A stretch of DNA of 64,000 nt from contig DATDCV010000045.1 in assembly GCA_036524155.1 (NCBI GenBank), positions 260-64,259 of the forward strand, in the 5' to 3' direction. A model generated the notes under the pieces. It was not told the DNA's origin and did no database searches. It saw nothing but the letters and a program-made list of their open reading frames with translations. Made by a program: the position numbers and the translations under genes. How positions within the stretch are numbered: position 1 is the stretch's first letter; each line of letters starts with the position of its first letter. The stretch comes from Verrucomicrobiia bacterium (lineage in GTDB: Bacteria > Verrucomicrobiota > Verrucomicrobiia > Limisphaerales > UBA8199). Positions 40,865 to 49,695 of the stretch are shown here, piece by piece.

Positions 40865-42352
40865 CTACGGTGCAATCGTGATATCTCTCAGGCTCGTCTT
40901 CAAGATTTTGCCAGTCGCGTTGCGCGGAAGTGCGGGCAATTGCACGATCTTTCGCGGCACTTTGTAGTCCGCCAACTTTCTGCGCACAAAATGCTGCATT
41001 GCTTTCTCATCGAGGGCAGCGTTGTCATTGGCGGAGACGAAAGCGATCGGCTGTTCCCCTTTGCGCGAATCGGGCTTTCCGACCACCGCCGCCTCGCGGA
41101 CGCCGGGAAATTGATAGAGAACCTCCTCAATTTCGCGCGGATAGACGTTGATGCCGTTGACCAGCAGCATGTCCTTTTTGCGGTCGGTGATATAATAATA
41201 ACCGTCCGTGTCGCGGTAGCCAATATCGCCCGTCAACAACCAGCCGTTACGGATAGCCTTGGCGGTCTCGGCAGGCTGGTTCCAATAACCAAGCATGACG
41301 TTGCCGCCGCGGACACAAACCTCGCCAACCTGGGTTGCCTCGAGGTGTTTGCCGGAATCGTCCTGGATGCTGACCTCCACGTGCGGGATCGGGAGCCCGA
41401 TGGACCCCGCCTTGCGGGTGCCATCCAGGGGGTTCTTCGTCACGACTGGGCTGGCCTCGCTCAAGCCGTAACCCTCAATCAGCGGGATGTGGAATTTGTC
41501 CTCGAATTCGCGCAACACCTGGACCGGCAAGGGCGCAGCGCCGCTGACGCAGAGGCGCAGGGGCAGCGGCACCGGAATGGACGCGTTGACCATGCTGCGG
41601 TAAAATTGCGGAATGGCGGGCAGGGCGGTGGCCCGCCGTTGAATGATCTCCTGGAGTGTGTTGCGAACCGGGTGGAGCGATTTGACCAGCACGATTGAGC
41701 CGCCGACAATCAGCGGCAGCAACATGCCGACGGTTAACATATAACTGTGGAACAGCGGCAGCAGGACAGCAAACCTGTCTCCCTCGACCGTCTGCAGCAC
41801 GATCCGGCAGCTTTCGACATTATGCAGCAAGTTCCCGTGGGAAAGCATGGCGCCTTTGGGACGGCCCGTAGTTCCCGACGTGTAAATGAGCACCGCCAGC
41901 TCAGATTCGGAGGAGCGGAAATCCTCGGTCGGGCGGTGGGCGGCGCTCTCCCCGGCAGGGAGATCTTCAACTTTGAACAGTTGCAGGTTTTGGCGTGTCG
42001 CCGTCAGCGTCCGGAAATGGCTGCCCAGCTCGGCGTCGGTGACCAGCACATTGATCCCGGCATCCCCCAGGATGTAGCTGACTTCATCAGTTTTCAGAAA
42101 ATTGTTGATGGGGACGACCACCGCCCCGGCGTCCAGGATCCCAAAAAAGGCCGGAATAAACTCCGGGCAGTTCTTCAGCCACAAGCCGACGCGATCGCCG
42201 GGGTTCACAGCGAAGTGGTTCTTCAGCCGGCGCGAAATGACGCGGGTTTGGGACCAAAGCTCCTGGTAGGAGTATTCCCGTTCGCCCCAGAAAAGGGCGA
42301 TCTTCTGTTTGTGCTTAAGTGCGGAGCTCGCGAACGCGCTGACCAGGTTCAT
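40865..42352 (-). CDS. AMP-dependent acyl-CoA synthetase / long-chain fatty acid-CoA ligase
   Basis: YTSGTTGRPKGAML AMP-binding motif, GYGLSE, GWLLTGD. Confidence 0.9.
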   Translation of the reverse strand: MNLVSAFASSALKHKQKIALFWGEREYSYQELWSQTRVISRRLKNHFAVNPGDRVGLWLKNCPEFIPAFFGILDAGAVVVPINNFLKTDEVSYILGDAGINVLVTDAELGSHFRTLTATRQNLQLFKVEDLPAGESAAHRPTEDFRSSESELAVLIYTSGTTGRPKGAMLSHGNLLHNVESCRIVLQTVEGDRFAVLLPLFHSYMLTVGMLLPLIVGGSIVLVKSLHPVRNTLQEIIQRRATALPAIPQFYRSMVNASIPVPLPLRLCVSGAAPLPVQVLREFEDKFHIPLIEGYGLSEASPVVTKNPLDGTRKAGSIGLPIPHVEVSIQDDSGKHLEATQVGEVCVRGGNVMLGYWNQPAETAKAIRNGWLLTGDIGYRDTDGYYYITDRKKDMLLVNGINVYPREIEEVLYQFPGVREAAVVGKPDSRKGEQPIAFVSANDNAALDEKAMQHFVRRKLADYKVPRKIVQLPALPRNATGKILKTSLRDITIAP

Positions 42353-42408
42353 TCGACCTGATTATAGCGGTACCGTTGCACGAGGAAACGGAAAATGCCA
42401 TCGCGAAG

Positions 42409-42514
42409 TATCGCCTCAGTCTTGGGTCGGAGCGCCGATTTTTAATCGGCTTAAGCGCGCCGACGGCCGCGTGTAAGCCGAGTGCAACTCGGCGCTCCGA
42501 CCCAGAGAGGATCC
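42409..42514. mobile_element. MITE copy 5
   Basis: 106-bp element with a slightly eroded right end. Flanks atcgcgaag / atcgcgagg match 8/9. Confidence 0.85.
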
Positions 42515-42539
42515 ATCGCGAGGCGACGGCGGGACGGTT

Positions 42540-43637
42540 TTGCCTTCCGCTTTGGGTGCCTGTCCTTATATTCCGGTCGTGGTCGATACAGAACAAAAGC
42601 TCGAGGCCTTTTTGCCGATGCTACGCGCGGCTACGTGGGTCGCGTTGGACACGGAAGCCGACAGCCTGCATGCCTACCCGGAGAAGGTATGCCTGATTCA
42701 GATCAGCACCGCGGCCGGAGACCGCCTGGTGGACCCTTTGGCGGGAATCAATTTGGCGGACTTTCTGGACGCGCTCTCCGGGCAGGAATTGCTGATGCAT
42801 GGAGCCGACTACGACCTCCGGCTCTTACGCAAGCATCACGAGTTCGTGCCGAGCGCGATTTTTGACACCATGCTGGCGGCCAGGCTGCTGGGTTTGCGCC
42901 GGTTCAGTCTCAGTGACCTGGTCGAGAGTTACCTGGGAGTGAGGCTGGAGAAGGGACCCCAGAAGGCCAATTGGGCGTTGCGCCCGCTCACTGAGCGGAT
43001 GGAGAAGTACGCGCGCAATGACACCCATTACCTGAAGCCCGTGGCGGACAGGCTCAAGAGTGAGCTGCACGAAAAGGGACGGGAGGCCTGGCACCAGGAG
43101 TCATGCGCGCGGCTGATCACGGACTGCACGCAGGCCCGTCCCGCCGACCTTGACTCGGTTTGGCGCGTTAAAGGCAGCCACCTGCTGGGCCGGCCCGCGC
43201 TCGCGGTTTTGCGGGAGTTGTGGCGCTGGCGGGAAACGGAAGCGATCCGCGCGAATAAACCGCCATTTTTTGTGCTCAGCCACCAGAGCCTGACGGAAAT
43301 TGCGGCCGCCGCGGCCGCGCAGCGACCAATCGAGCCCTTAACGCCCCGGCACCTCTCGGACCGGCGCCGGAGCGGGCTGGCCAAGGCGGTCACGCGGGGG
43401 CTCAGTGTTCCACCCGAGCACCATCCTAAGCTGCCGAAAACCGGCGGTCGCAGACCGAGTGAAGCCGAGCGGCGGCGGTACGTGGAACTCCAAAAGCGCC
43501 GCGACACCCAGGCCGCCAAGCTCGGCATTGACCCGACGCTCATTGCCAGCCGGGCGCTGCTGTCTGAGCTGGCCCAAAACCGAGAACCGGATTCGACCCA
43601 GTTAATGAACTGGCAGAGGGATTTGCTGGAAGGATAA
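42540..43637 (+). CDS. rnd: Ribonuclease D (3'-5' exonuclease plus HRDC)
   Basis: VALDTEADSLH DEDD motif, HGADYDL. C-terminal HRDC-like region. Confidence 0.88.
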   Translation: MPSALGACPYIPVVVDTEQKLEAFLPMLRAATWVALDTEADSLHAYPEKVCLIQISTAAGDRLVDPLAGINLADFLDALSGQELLMHGADYDLRLLRKHHEFVPSAIFDTMLAARLLGLRRFSLSDLVESYLGVRLEKGPQKANWALRPLTERMEKYARNDTHYLKPVADRLKSELHEKGREAWHQESCARLITDCTQARPADLDSVWRVKGSHLLGRPALAVLRELWRWRETEAIRANKPPFFVLSHQSLTEIAAAAAAQRPIEPLTPRHLSDRRRSGLAKAVTRGLSVPPEHHPKLPKTGGRRPSEAERRRYVELQKRRDTQAAKLGIDPTLIASRALLSELAQNREPDSTQLMNWQRDLLEG

Positions 43638-43644
43638 GGCAGAC

Positions 43645-44847
43645 TCAGCGCACCACTTCAAACGCAAAGCCTTTCAGGTACTCGGTTTCGGGGATCATCG
43701 GGATCACGGGGTGATCCGGGCTTTGGGCGTAGCTGGCCGCGCGACGCAGGATCCGCCGGGCGTCGAAGGCCGCGGCCAGGACAGTGTCCTGGAACAGGTT
43801 GGCGGCGACATGGTGCGAGCAGCAAAATGTCGCCAGGATTCCGCCGGGTTTGATGAGTTTCAGCGCGCGCAGGTGTATTTCTTTGTAGCCGCGCAACGCG
43901 TCAGGCACCGCGGCGCGATTTCGAGTGAACGAGGGAGGGTCCAGGATGATCAGGTCCCATTTGGGCAACACTTTCTCATGCGGACCGGCAGTGGTCTGGC
44001 CCTTGAGCCAATCGAACACGTTCGCCGTCTCCAGCGAGCATTTGTCGCTCAGACCATTCACCGCGGCGTTGCGGGTCGCCGCGGCCAAGGCGTCTGCGCT
44101 TTGATCGATCAAATGGACATGAGCCGCTCCGGCCGCTGCGGCGTGGAGGCCAAACCCGCCCAGGAAGCTGAAACAATCCAGCACCTGGCCGCCCCTGGCA
44201 AATTGGGACACGAGCCGATAGTTGACCTGTTGGTCGAGATAAAGACCCGTTTTGTGGCCGCTGAGGAGGTCGGTCTCGAATCTTAGCCCGTTGAGGTTGA
44301 CGGGCACCGGGCCGTCGAGTTGCCCGGTCAGCACGCCCTGGGCCTCGGCGAGTCCTTCAAACTTCCTGGATGAAACATCGCTGCGCTCCAAAATCGCGCG
44401 CGGGGAACAAATCTCCTTCAACGCCGCAACGATCACACTCTTCCGCTGGTCCATGCCGAGCGACGAGAGCTGCAGCACGAGCACATCTTCGTATTTGTCG
44501 ATGATCAGGCCGCTGAGAAAGTCGCTTTCCGCGTTTACCACCCGAAACGAGGTGGCGCCCGGCAGATAACGCTCCCGGACCGCCAAGGCCTGCCTGATGC
44601 GTTCGGCGAAGAAAGCTTGATCGAGCTCAACGCGCTGGGTCGCCAGCACCCGAACATTAATCCTGGACTTCGCATTATAGACCCCGACACCGAGGAAACG
44701 CTGGCGATGGTCTTTGATCTGCACCAGGTCGCCGTCGGCGGCGGGATGAGTCAACCGGAGCACCGAGCCGTGGTAGATCCACGGGTGCCCGGCCACGATC
44801 CGGTCTGCTTCGCCGGGTTTGAGCAGGACGGTCGGCAGTGTTTCCAT
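43645..44847 (-). CDS. rlmI: Class I SAM-dependent rRNA (cytosine-C5) methyltransferase, RlmI-like
   Basis: PUA-like N-terminus (LKPGEADRIVAGHPWIY), SAM-MTase core, ILDPPSF motif. Confidence 0.8.
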   Translation of the reverse strand: METLPTVLLKPGEADRIVAGHPWIYHGSVLRLTHPAADGDLVQIKDHRQRFLGVGVYNAKSRINVRVLATQRVELDQAFFAERIRQALAVRERYLPGATSFRVVNAESDFLSGLIIDKYEDVLVLQLSSLGMDQRKSVIVAALKEICSPRAILERSDVSSRKFEGLAEAQGVLTGQLDGPVPVNLNGLRFETDLLSGHKTGLYLDQQVNYRLVSQFARGGQVLDCFSFLGGFGLHAAAAGAAHVHLIDQSADALAAATRNAAVNGLSDKCSLETANVFDWLKGQTTAGPHEKVLPKWDLIILDPPSFTRNRAAVPDALRGYKEIHLRALKLIKPGGILATFCCSHHVAANLFQDTVLAAAFDARRILRRAASYAQSPDHPVIPMIPETEYLKGFAFEVVR

Positions 44848-44930
44848 AATCAGGTGTTCGGGTCTTGCCGGTCGGCCGGCAGCCGGAAGATAAGATCACG
44901 GCCCGCGCTTGCCAAGCCGGGGTAACGAGG

Positions 44931-45044
44931 TACCCCCCCATCAGTCTTGGGTCGGAGCGCCGAGTTGTACTCGGCTTAAGCGAGCCGATGGCCTCCTGTA
45001 AGCCGATTAGAAATCGGCGCTCCGACCCAAGGCTGAAGCGATAC
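44931..45044. mobile_element. MITE copy 6 (central segment inverted relative to the other copies)
   Basis: 114-bp element flanked by a perfect direct repeat gtaacgagg (44922-44930 and 45045-45053). Confidence 0.9.
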
Positions 45045-45157
45045 GTAACGAGGCCGTTTGGTGTTGAACATCGGGGCATGGCGGTTCATTCTGAACATGG
45101 CGCGCTCAAAAGTCCTGCGCGCACAGTCGTGAGATGCATTCGCTCCATCAGCTTCGT

Positions 45158-46798
45158 ATGAAACACCTTGTTGTCGCCGGCATGTTATTGTTCGGGTCTA
45201 TTCTCGGTGGGTATGGCCTCACCAACAAGGTCTTGATCATCGGGATCGACGGCACCATGTGCAGTGCACTCGCGGTCGCCCGCACGCCCAACCTCAACGC
45301 GCTGACTACCAACGGCTGTTACTCCGTCCGCGCGGTGACGCACCCCGTCACGCACAGCGCCGCGTGTTGGTCGAGCATGTTCACCGGGGTTTGGGGCGAC
45401 AAGAACCTGGTGAACGATCCGAACAACAGTTTTACCGGCAACAACTTTGCGAATTACCCGAGCTTCTTCAGGCGTCTCGAAACGTTTAACAGCAACTGGA
45501 ACACGGTTTGTTTTGCCCGCTGGTCACCCTTGCTGACCGTCGTGCCGGACGCGGACGTGAAGACCGCTTTCTCCTCCGATGCGGCGGTCACCGCCGAAAC
45601 GTGCCGACAGTTGACGAACTCGAATCCGGACGTGCTGTACATGATCCTGCTGGACGTCGATTCGGCGGGGCACTCTTACGGGTGGGGACCGGCGGTGACG
45701 AATTACGTGCGCGCGATCGAAACGGCCGATCGCCAGGTCGGCCAAATCCTGGCGGCGCTGCTGAGCCGGGCTACCTACACGAATGAGAACTGGCTGGTCA
45801 TCGCGCTGGCTGACCACGGCGAGCATGATAACCCGGACCTCGAGAAATCGCGCATCACGTGGCACATCGTCAGCGGGCCGGCAGCCGCCCGGGGCGTCAT
45901 GTGGCCTTCGCCGAGCATCGTGGACGTTTGCACGACGGTGCTGACGCACATGGGGGTGCCGATTGATCCCGCGTGGAAACTCGATGGGCGCGTGGAAGGC
46001 CTGCCTCTCCCGCCGACCGCCTACGGGGCCAACCTTGTTTTCAACGGCAATGCCGAGTCCAACTCCGGCACGGACAACTACGCCACCAATCGCGGGATTG
46101 CCTGGTGGTTCGATGTGTCGAGCACGACGCTGGGGGTTTACGGCTCGAACACCAATTTCCCTTCGGCCGCCTCGCCGGGGCCTCCGGACCGCGGCTCGAA
46201 CTTCTTCCTGGGCGGCACTGCCGACGCCTTCATCACGCAACGCATCGACGTTTCCGACCTGGCCGCTGACATTGATGTTCCCGGCGTCGACTACAGCCTC
46301 CGGGGCTGGTTTGGCGGGGCCACGACGGAGGGAGACCATGCGTTCCTCACCGCGACTTTTCTGAATGCGACCAGCACTGCGTTGGCCTCCGCTGTCGTCG
46401 GCAACGTCACGCCTATCGATCGCGGAGGGGTGACGGGTTTGATCGAGCGGACCGCTGGCGGAGGTTTGCCGGCCGGCACCCGCTTTGTCGAGTTCGCGCT
46501 AACCAACCGGGTGATCTCAGGAAAGAACGATGCGGCGGCGGATAGTCTGTCATTTGTGCTCACGCCGAGGCCGGACCCGCGCTTCCCGATCGCGGGCCTG
46601 ACTCGGACAGCCGACGGCTGGCAGGTGGAGTTCACGGGGTATCAAGACCGGGTTTACACCCTGCAGCGTTCGGAGGATCTCGTGTCGTGGATCGATCTGG
46701 TCTCCGGGGCTGCCGCCGGGGACGGCCCGATGGCGCTGGCCGACACCAACGCCCCGCCCGACCGCGCCTTCTATCGCGTCAACTCCCGCCGCCCATAA
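45158..46798 (+). CDS. Secreted nucleotide pyrophosphatase/phosphodiesterase (alkaline-phosphatase superfamily) with YRV...P-COOH C-terminal domain
   Basis: LIIGIDG, TPNLNAL, DVDSAGHSYGWG, ADHGEHD metal-site motifs. C-terminus ...YTLQRSEDLVSWIDL...RAFYRVNSRRP. ORF starts at 45134; a signal-like Met is at 45158. Confidence 0.85.
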   Translation: MKHLVVAGMLLFGSILGGYGLTNKVLIIGIDGTMCSALAVARTPNLNALTTNGCYSVRAVTHPVTHSAACWSSMFTGVWGDKNLVNDPNNSFTGNNFANYPSFFRRLETFNSNWNTVCFARWSPLLTVVPDADVKTAFSSDAAVTAETCRQLTNSNPDVLYMILLDVDSAGHSYGWGPAVTNYVRAIETADRQVGQILAALLSRATYTNENWLVIALADHGEHDNPDLEKSRITWHIVSGPAAARGVMWPSPSIVDVCTTVLTHMGVPIDPAWKLDGRVEGLPLPPTAYGANLVFNGNAESNSGTDNYATNRGIAWWFDVSSTTLGVYGSNTNFPSAASPGPPDRGSNFFLGGTADAFITQRIDVSDLAADIDVPGVDYSLRGWFGGATTEGDHAFLTATFLNATSTALASAVVGNVTPIDRGGVTGLIERTAGGGLPAGTRFVEFALTNRVISGKNDAAADSLSFVLTPRPDPRFPIAGLTRTADGWQVEFTGYQDRVYTLQRSEDLVSWIDLVSGAAAGDGPMALADTNAPPDRAFYRVNSRRP

Positions 46799-46806
46799 CT
46801 CGGCGT

Positions 46807-46878
46807 CGGACCGCCGACATGTTGTCGGCTTATGCGGTCGGTGCGGCGTAAGCCGACAACATGTCGGCGCTCCGGTCC
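46807..46878. repeat. Short variant of the MITE core (long near-perfect hairpin)
   Basis: cggaccgccgacatgttgtcggctta ... taagccgacaacatgtcggcgctccggtcc, 9 nt after the stop of the phosphodiesterase gene. Confidence 0.75.
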
Positions 46879-47521
46879 GTCCGCATCCCGCCGTAAACAA
46901 CTGAAGCCTCGCCTGATCGGTGCCAATACCCTTGACGTGCAAAGCCTCGTTACCTGGTCCCGCGCAACGAACCATGGCACGTGACTTGCAGTCTCATTTG
47001 CTGGAAACCATTATGGCCACCCGGATTAAGATGCTGACGCTGCTCCAGGAAACGCATGGACACGCCCATTTCATTAATCGGCGCCCGCCTGCACGGCCCG
47101 CCGGGGCGATGCTTTGGCAGATTCCCTCAGCGCCCGCTCGACGGGCCAGGATCCTGCGAAGAAAAACTCTGACCGTTATCATGCAGGATCCCCCCAATAT
47201 CCCTGACCCGGTGTCGATCAGGCATCTGCAAGCGGCGGCCACCTCCGTGTCGCCCACCGCGCCTGCGTAAAGCGAGATCGGTCGGCCCAATCTTTACTCC
47301 GGTGCCGCGCGTTCCTCGCCGGCGTCCCGGCCCCCCCTTGGAAGCTCCAGGCACAGCACTTTGGCCTGAATTGAGGCAGTGTCCCACGCCCGGCATCAAC
47401 CGGCGGCCGCCTTCGGTAAGTCAGCTTTTTTGCAGTTGGGGCGCGCGCAATGTAAACGTTGCACCGACCAATCACCCCCTTCGGCCTTTTCTTATCTCGG
47501 CCAACCGCTTAGACTCCCGGC

Positions 47522-48529
47522 ATGAGTTTGTTTCCGATTGGACAATTTCCGGCCTATCGACCGCGGCGCCTGCGGCAGACGCCCGCGTTGCGGCGGCTGG
47601 TCAGCCAAACACGGCTGCATAAGGATCAACTCGTGCTGCCGCTGTTCGTGCGCAGCGGCAAACGACTGCGCCACCCGATTGCCGCGATGCCGGGCGTGTT
47701 TCAGCTCTCGCCGGACGAACTGCTGGCCGAAGCAAAACAGGCCTTCACGGCAGGGGTACCCGCGGTCTTGCTTTTTGGCATTCCCGACCGCAAGGATGCC
47801 AAAGCCTCCGGCGCTTACGCGGCGAATGGCATCGTGCAGCAGGCGGTCCGCTTGCTGAAAAAAGAGCTGCCGGATTTGCTGGTCATTACCGATGTCTGTT
47901 TGTGCGAATACATGATCCACGGGCACTGCGGTATTGTCGAGCAGGGCAAACACGGTGCTCGCATCCTGAACGACCCGACGCTGAAGCTGCTTGCTCGCGC
48001 CGCCGCCAGCCACGCTGAAGCCGGAGCCGATATCGTCGCTCCCAGCGACATGATGGACGGGCGGGTGCGCGCCATCCGCGAGCAACTCGATAACGACGGG
48101 TTCGCGGATACTCCGATCATGTCGTATGCCGCAAAATTCGTTTCGGCTTTTTACGGGCCGTTCCGCGAGGCGGCTGAATCCACTCCGAAATTCGGGGACC
48201 GCCGCAGCTACCAGATGGATGGGGCCAACGCCAGCGAAGCGTTGCGCGAGGTGGCTCTCGATATCCAGGAAGGCGCCGATATCGTCATGGTGAAACCCGC
48301 GCTGGCTTACCTCGATATTCTCCATCGGGTCAAAACCGAGTTTGGGTATCCCACCGCCGCCTACGCGGTCAGCGCCGAGTATTCCATGGTCAAGGCCGCC
48401 GCCGCCAACGGCTGGATTGACGAACGCGCGGTGACCCTCGAAAGCCTCCTGGCGATGCGCCGCGCCGGCGCGGACATCCTCATCACCTACGCCGCCGTCG
48501 ACGTCGCGCGTTGGCTCAGCGCCGCGTAG
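47522..48529 (+). CDS. hemB: Porphobilinogen synthase (delta-aminolevulinate dehydratase)
   Basis: RPRRLR N-terminus, Zn-site DVCLCEYMIHGHCG, active-site lysine context IVMVKPA. Confidence 0.95.
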   Translation: MSLFPIGQFPAYRPRRLRQTPALRRLVSQTRLHKDQLVLPLFVRSGKRLRHPIAAMPGVFQLSPDELLAEAKQAFTAGVPAVLLFGIPDRKDAKASGAYAANGIVQQAVRLLKKELPDLLVITDVCLCEYMIHGHCGIVEQGKHGARILNDPTLKLLARAAASHAEAGADIVAPSDMMDGRVRAIREQLDNDGFADTPIMSYAAKFVSAFYGPFREAAESTPKFGDRRSYQMDGANASEALREVALDIQEGADIVMVKPALAYLDILHRVKTEFGYPTAAYAVSAEYSMVKAAAANGWIDERAVTLESLLAMRRAGADILITYAAVDVARWLSAA

Positions 48530-48543
48530 CCGGAAAGGACCCT

Positions 48544-49275
48544 ATGGGACGCCAGTGGCTCCACGCCAAACGGGAAGTCGCCTCCATGAAGAAGGCCCAG
48601 GCGACCGGCAAAATCGTCCGCGAGATCATGGTCGCCGCCAAAATGGGCGGGCCGGATCCCGCCAGCAACGCGCGGTTGTCTGCGGCGGTTGAAAAGGCGC
48701 GGAAAGAAAGCGTGTCGCGCGACGTCATCGAGCGCGCGATCAAAAAGGGCGCGGGCGTCGGCGAAGAAAAGCTGGTGATGGAGCACGTCCTCTTCGAAGG
48801 CTACGCGCCCCATAAGGTGCCGGTCATCGTCGAGGTTTACACGGATAACGTGAACCGGACCGCCCCCGAAATCCGGAACATCTTTCGCAAAGGCCAGCTC
48901 GGCACCGCCGGCAGCAACAAATTTCTTTTCGACCACACCGGGATCGTCGAAGCCTATCACCCGGATCCGAACACCGATATCGAGGCCGCCGCCATCGAGG
49001 CCGGCGCCAATGAGGTCGAACCGCTGTCCCGCAGCCAAAACGACGACATCCCTGAAGGTTCTGCCGGCGCCCGTTTGCTGGCTGACCGCGCCAGCGTCCA
49101 CGCTGTTTCCAAGTGGCTGTCGCAAAACGGCTGGAAGGTCGTCACCAGCGAGATCGGGTTCGTGCCGAAAAACTACCCCGAGCTTACCGACCAGCAACGC
49201 GCCGAGGCCGGCGAGTTCCTGCAATCCCTCGACGACCACGACGATGTCCATCGCGTCTGGGCCGCGCTGAAGTAG
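48544..49275 (+). CDS. yebC: YebC/PmpR-family DNA-binding regulator
   Basis: WLHAKREVASMKKAQATGKIVREI...GPDPASNARL matches the YebC family as I know it. Trimmed to ATG 48544. Confidence 0.9.
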   Translation: MGRQWLHAKREVASMKKAQATGKIVREIMVAAKMGGPDPASNARLSAAVEKARKESVSRDVIERAIKKGAGVGEEKLVMEHVLFEGYAPHKVPVIVEVYTDNVNRTAPEIRNIFRKGQLGTAGSNKFLFDHTGIVEAYHPDPNTDIEAAAIEAGANEVEPLSRSQNDDIPEGSAGARLLADRASVHAVSKWLSQNGWKVVTSEIGFVPKNYPELTDQQRAEAGEFLQSLDDHDDVHRVWAALK

Positions 49276-49593
49276 AGCGCCCCGCCGTTAGAAGTCCGTT
49301 TTGCCATATTTGATCCTGGTTCGTGCTTGACTCCGGCCAGAATTTCTGCTGGAGTTCGGGGCGCAACAATTCCCGGGTAGAGGCTTTATGGACACTCCGA
49401 CGGCAAAGTCTGGAGTCGGCCGTGCCGAAAAAGGATTAGGGGTAATACGGAATCCCGATCAGGAGATGGGGCGTTCTTGTCTCTCGCATTTATTGGGTTT
49501 TCGTGAAATTCGTGTCTCGGCCCCTCCGCATCCGTGTTTGTCCATACTCCTATCGATGGGAGTTTGCGCGGCCTCCGCAAATTCTTCGCCTCC

Positions 49594-49629
49594 TCCTCGT
49601 CCTCGTCCTCGTTCTCGTTCTCGTCCTCG
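49594..49629. repeat. Hexanucleotide tandem repeat (tcctcg/ttctcg) x6
   Basis: tcctcgtcctcgtcctcgttctcgttctcgtcctcg, 66 nt upstream of the first gene of the surface-protein array. Confidence 0.9.
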
Positions 49630-49695
49630 CGATGAAAACACAGTCTGGCTGCGGCTTTGCCGCTATGTGTCTAGCCGAGGTCAATAAAGGCCCCC

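Noticed and set aside
46920-47270. 116-aa ORF (or 98 aa from ATG 46974) between the phosphodiesterase gene and hemB.
   Set aside because: No recognisable motif, and it overlaps antisense ORFs of similar length. It could be a real small protein, but I cannot support it from sequence alone.
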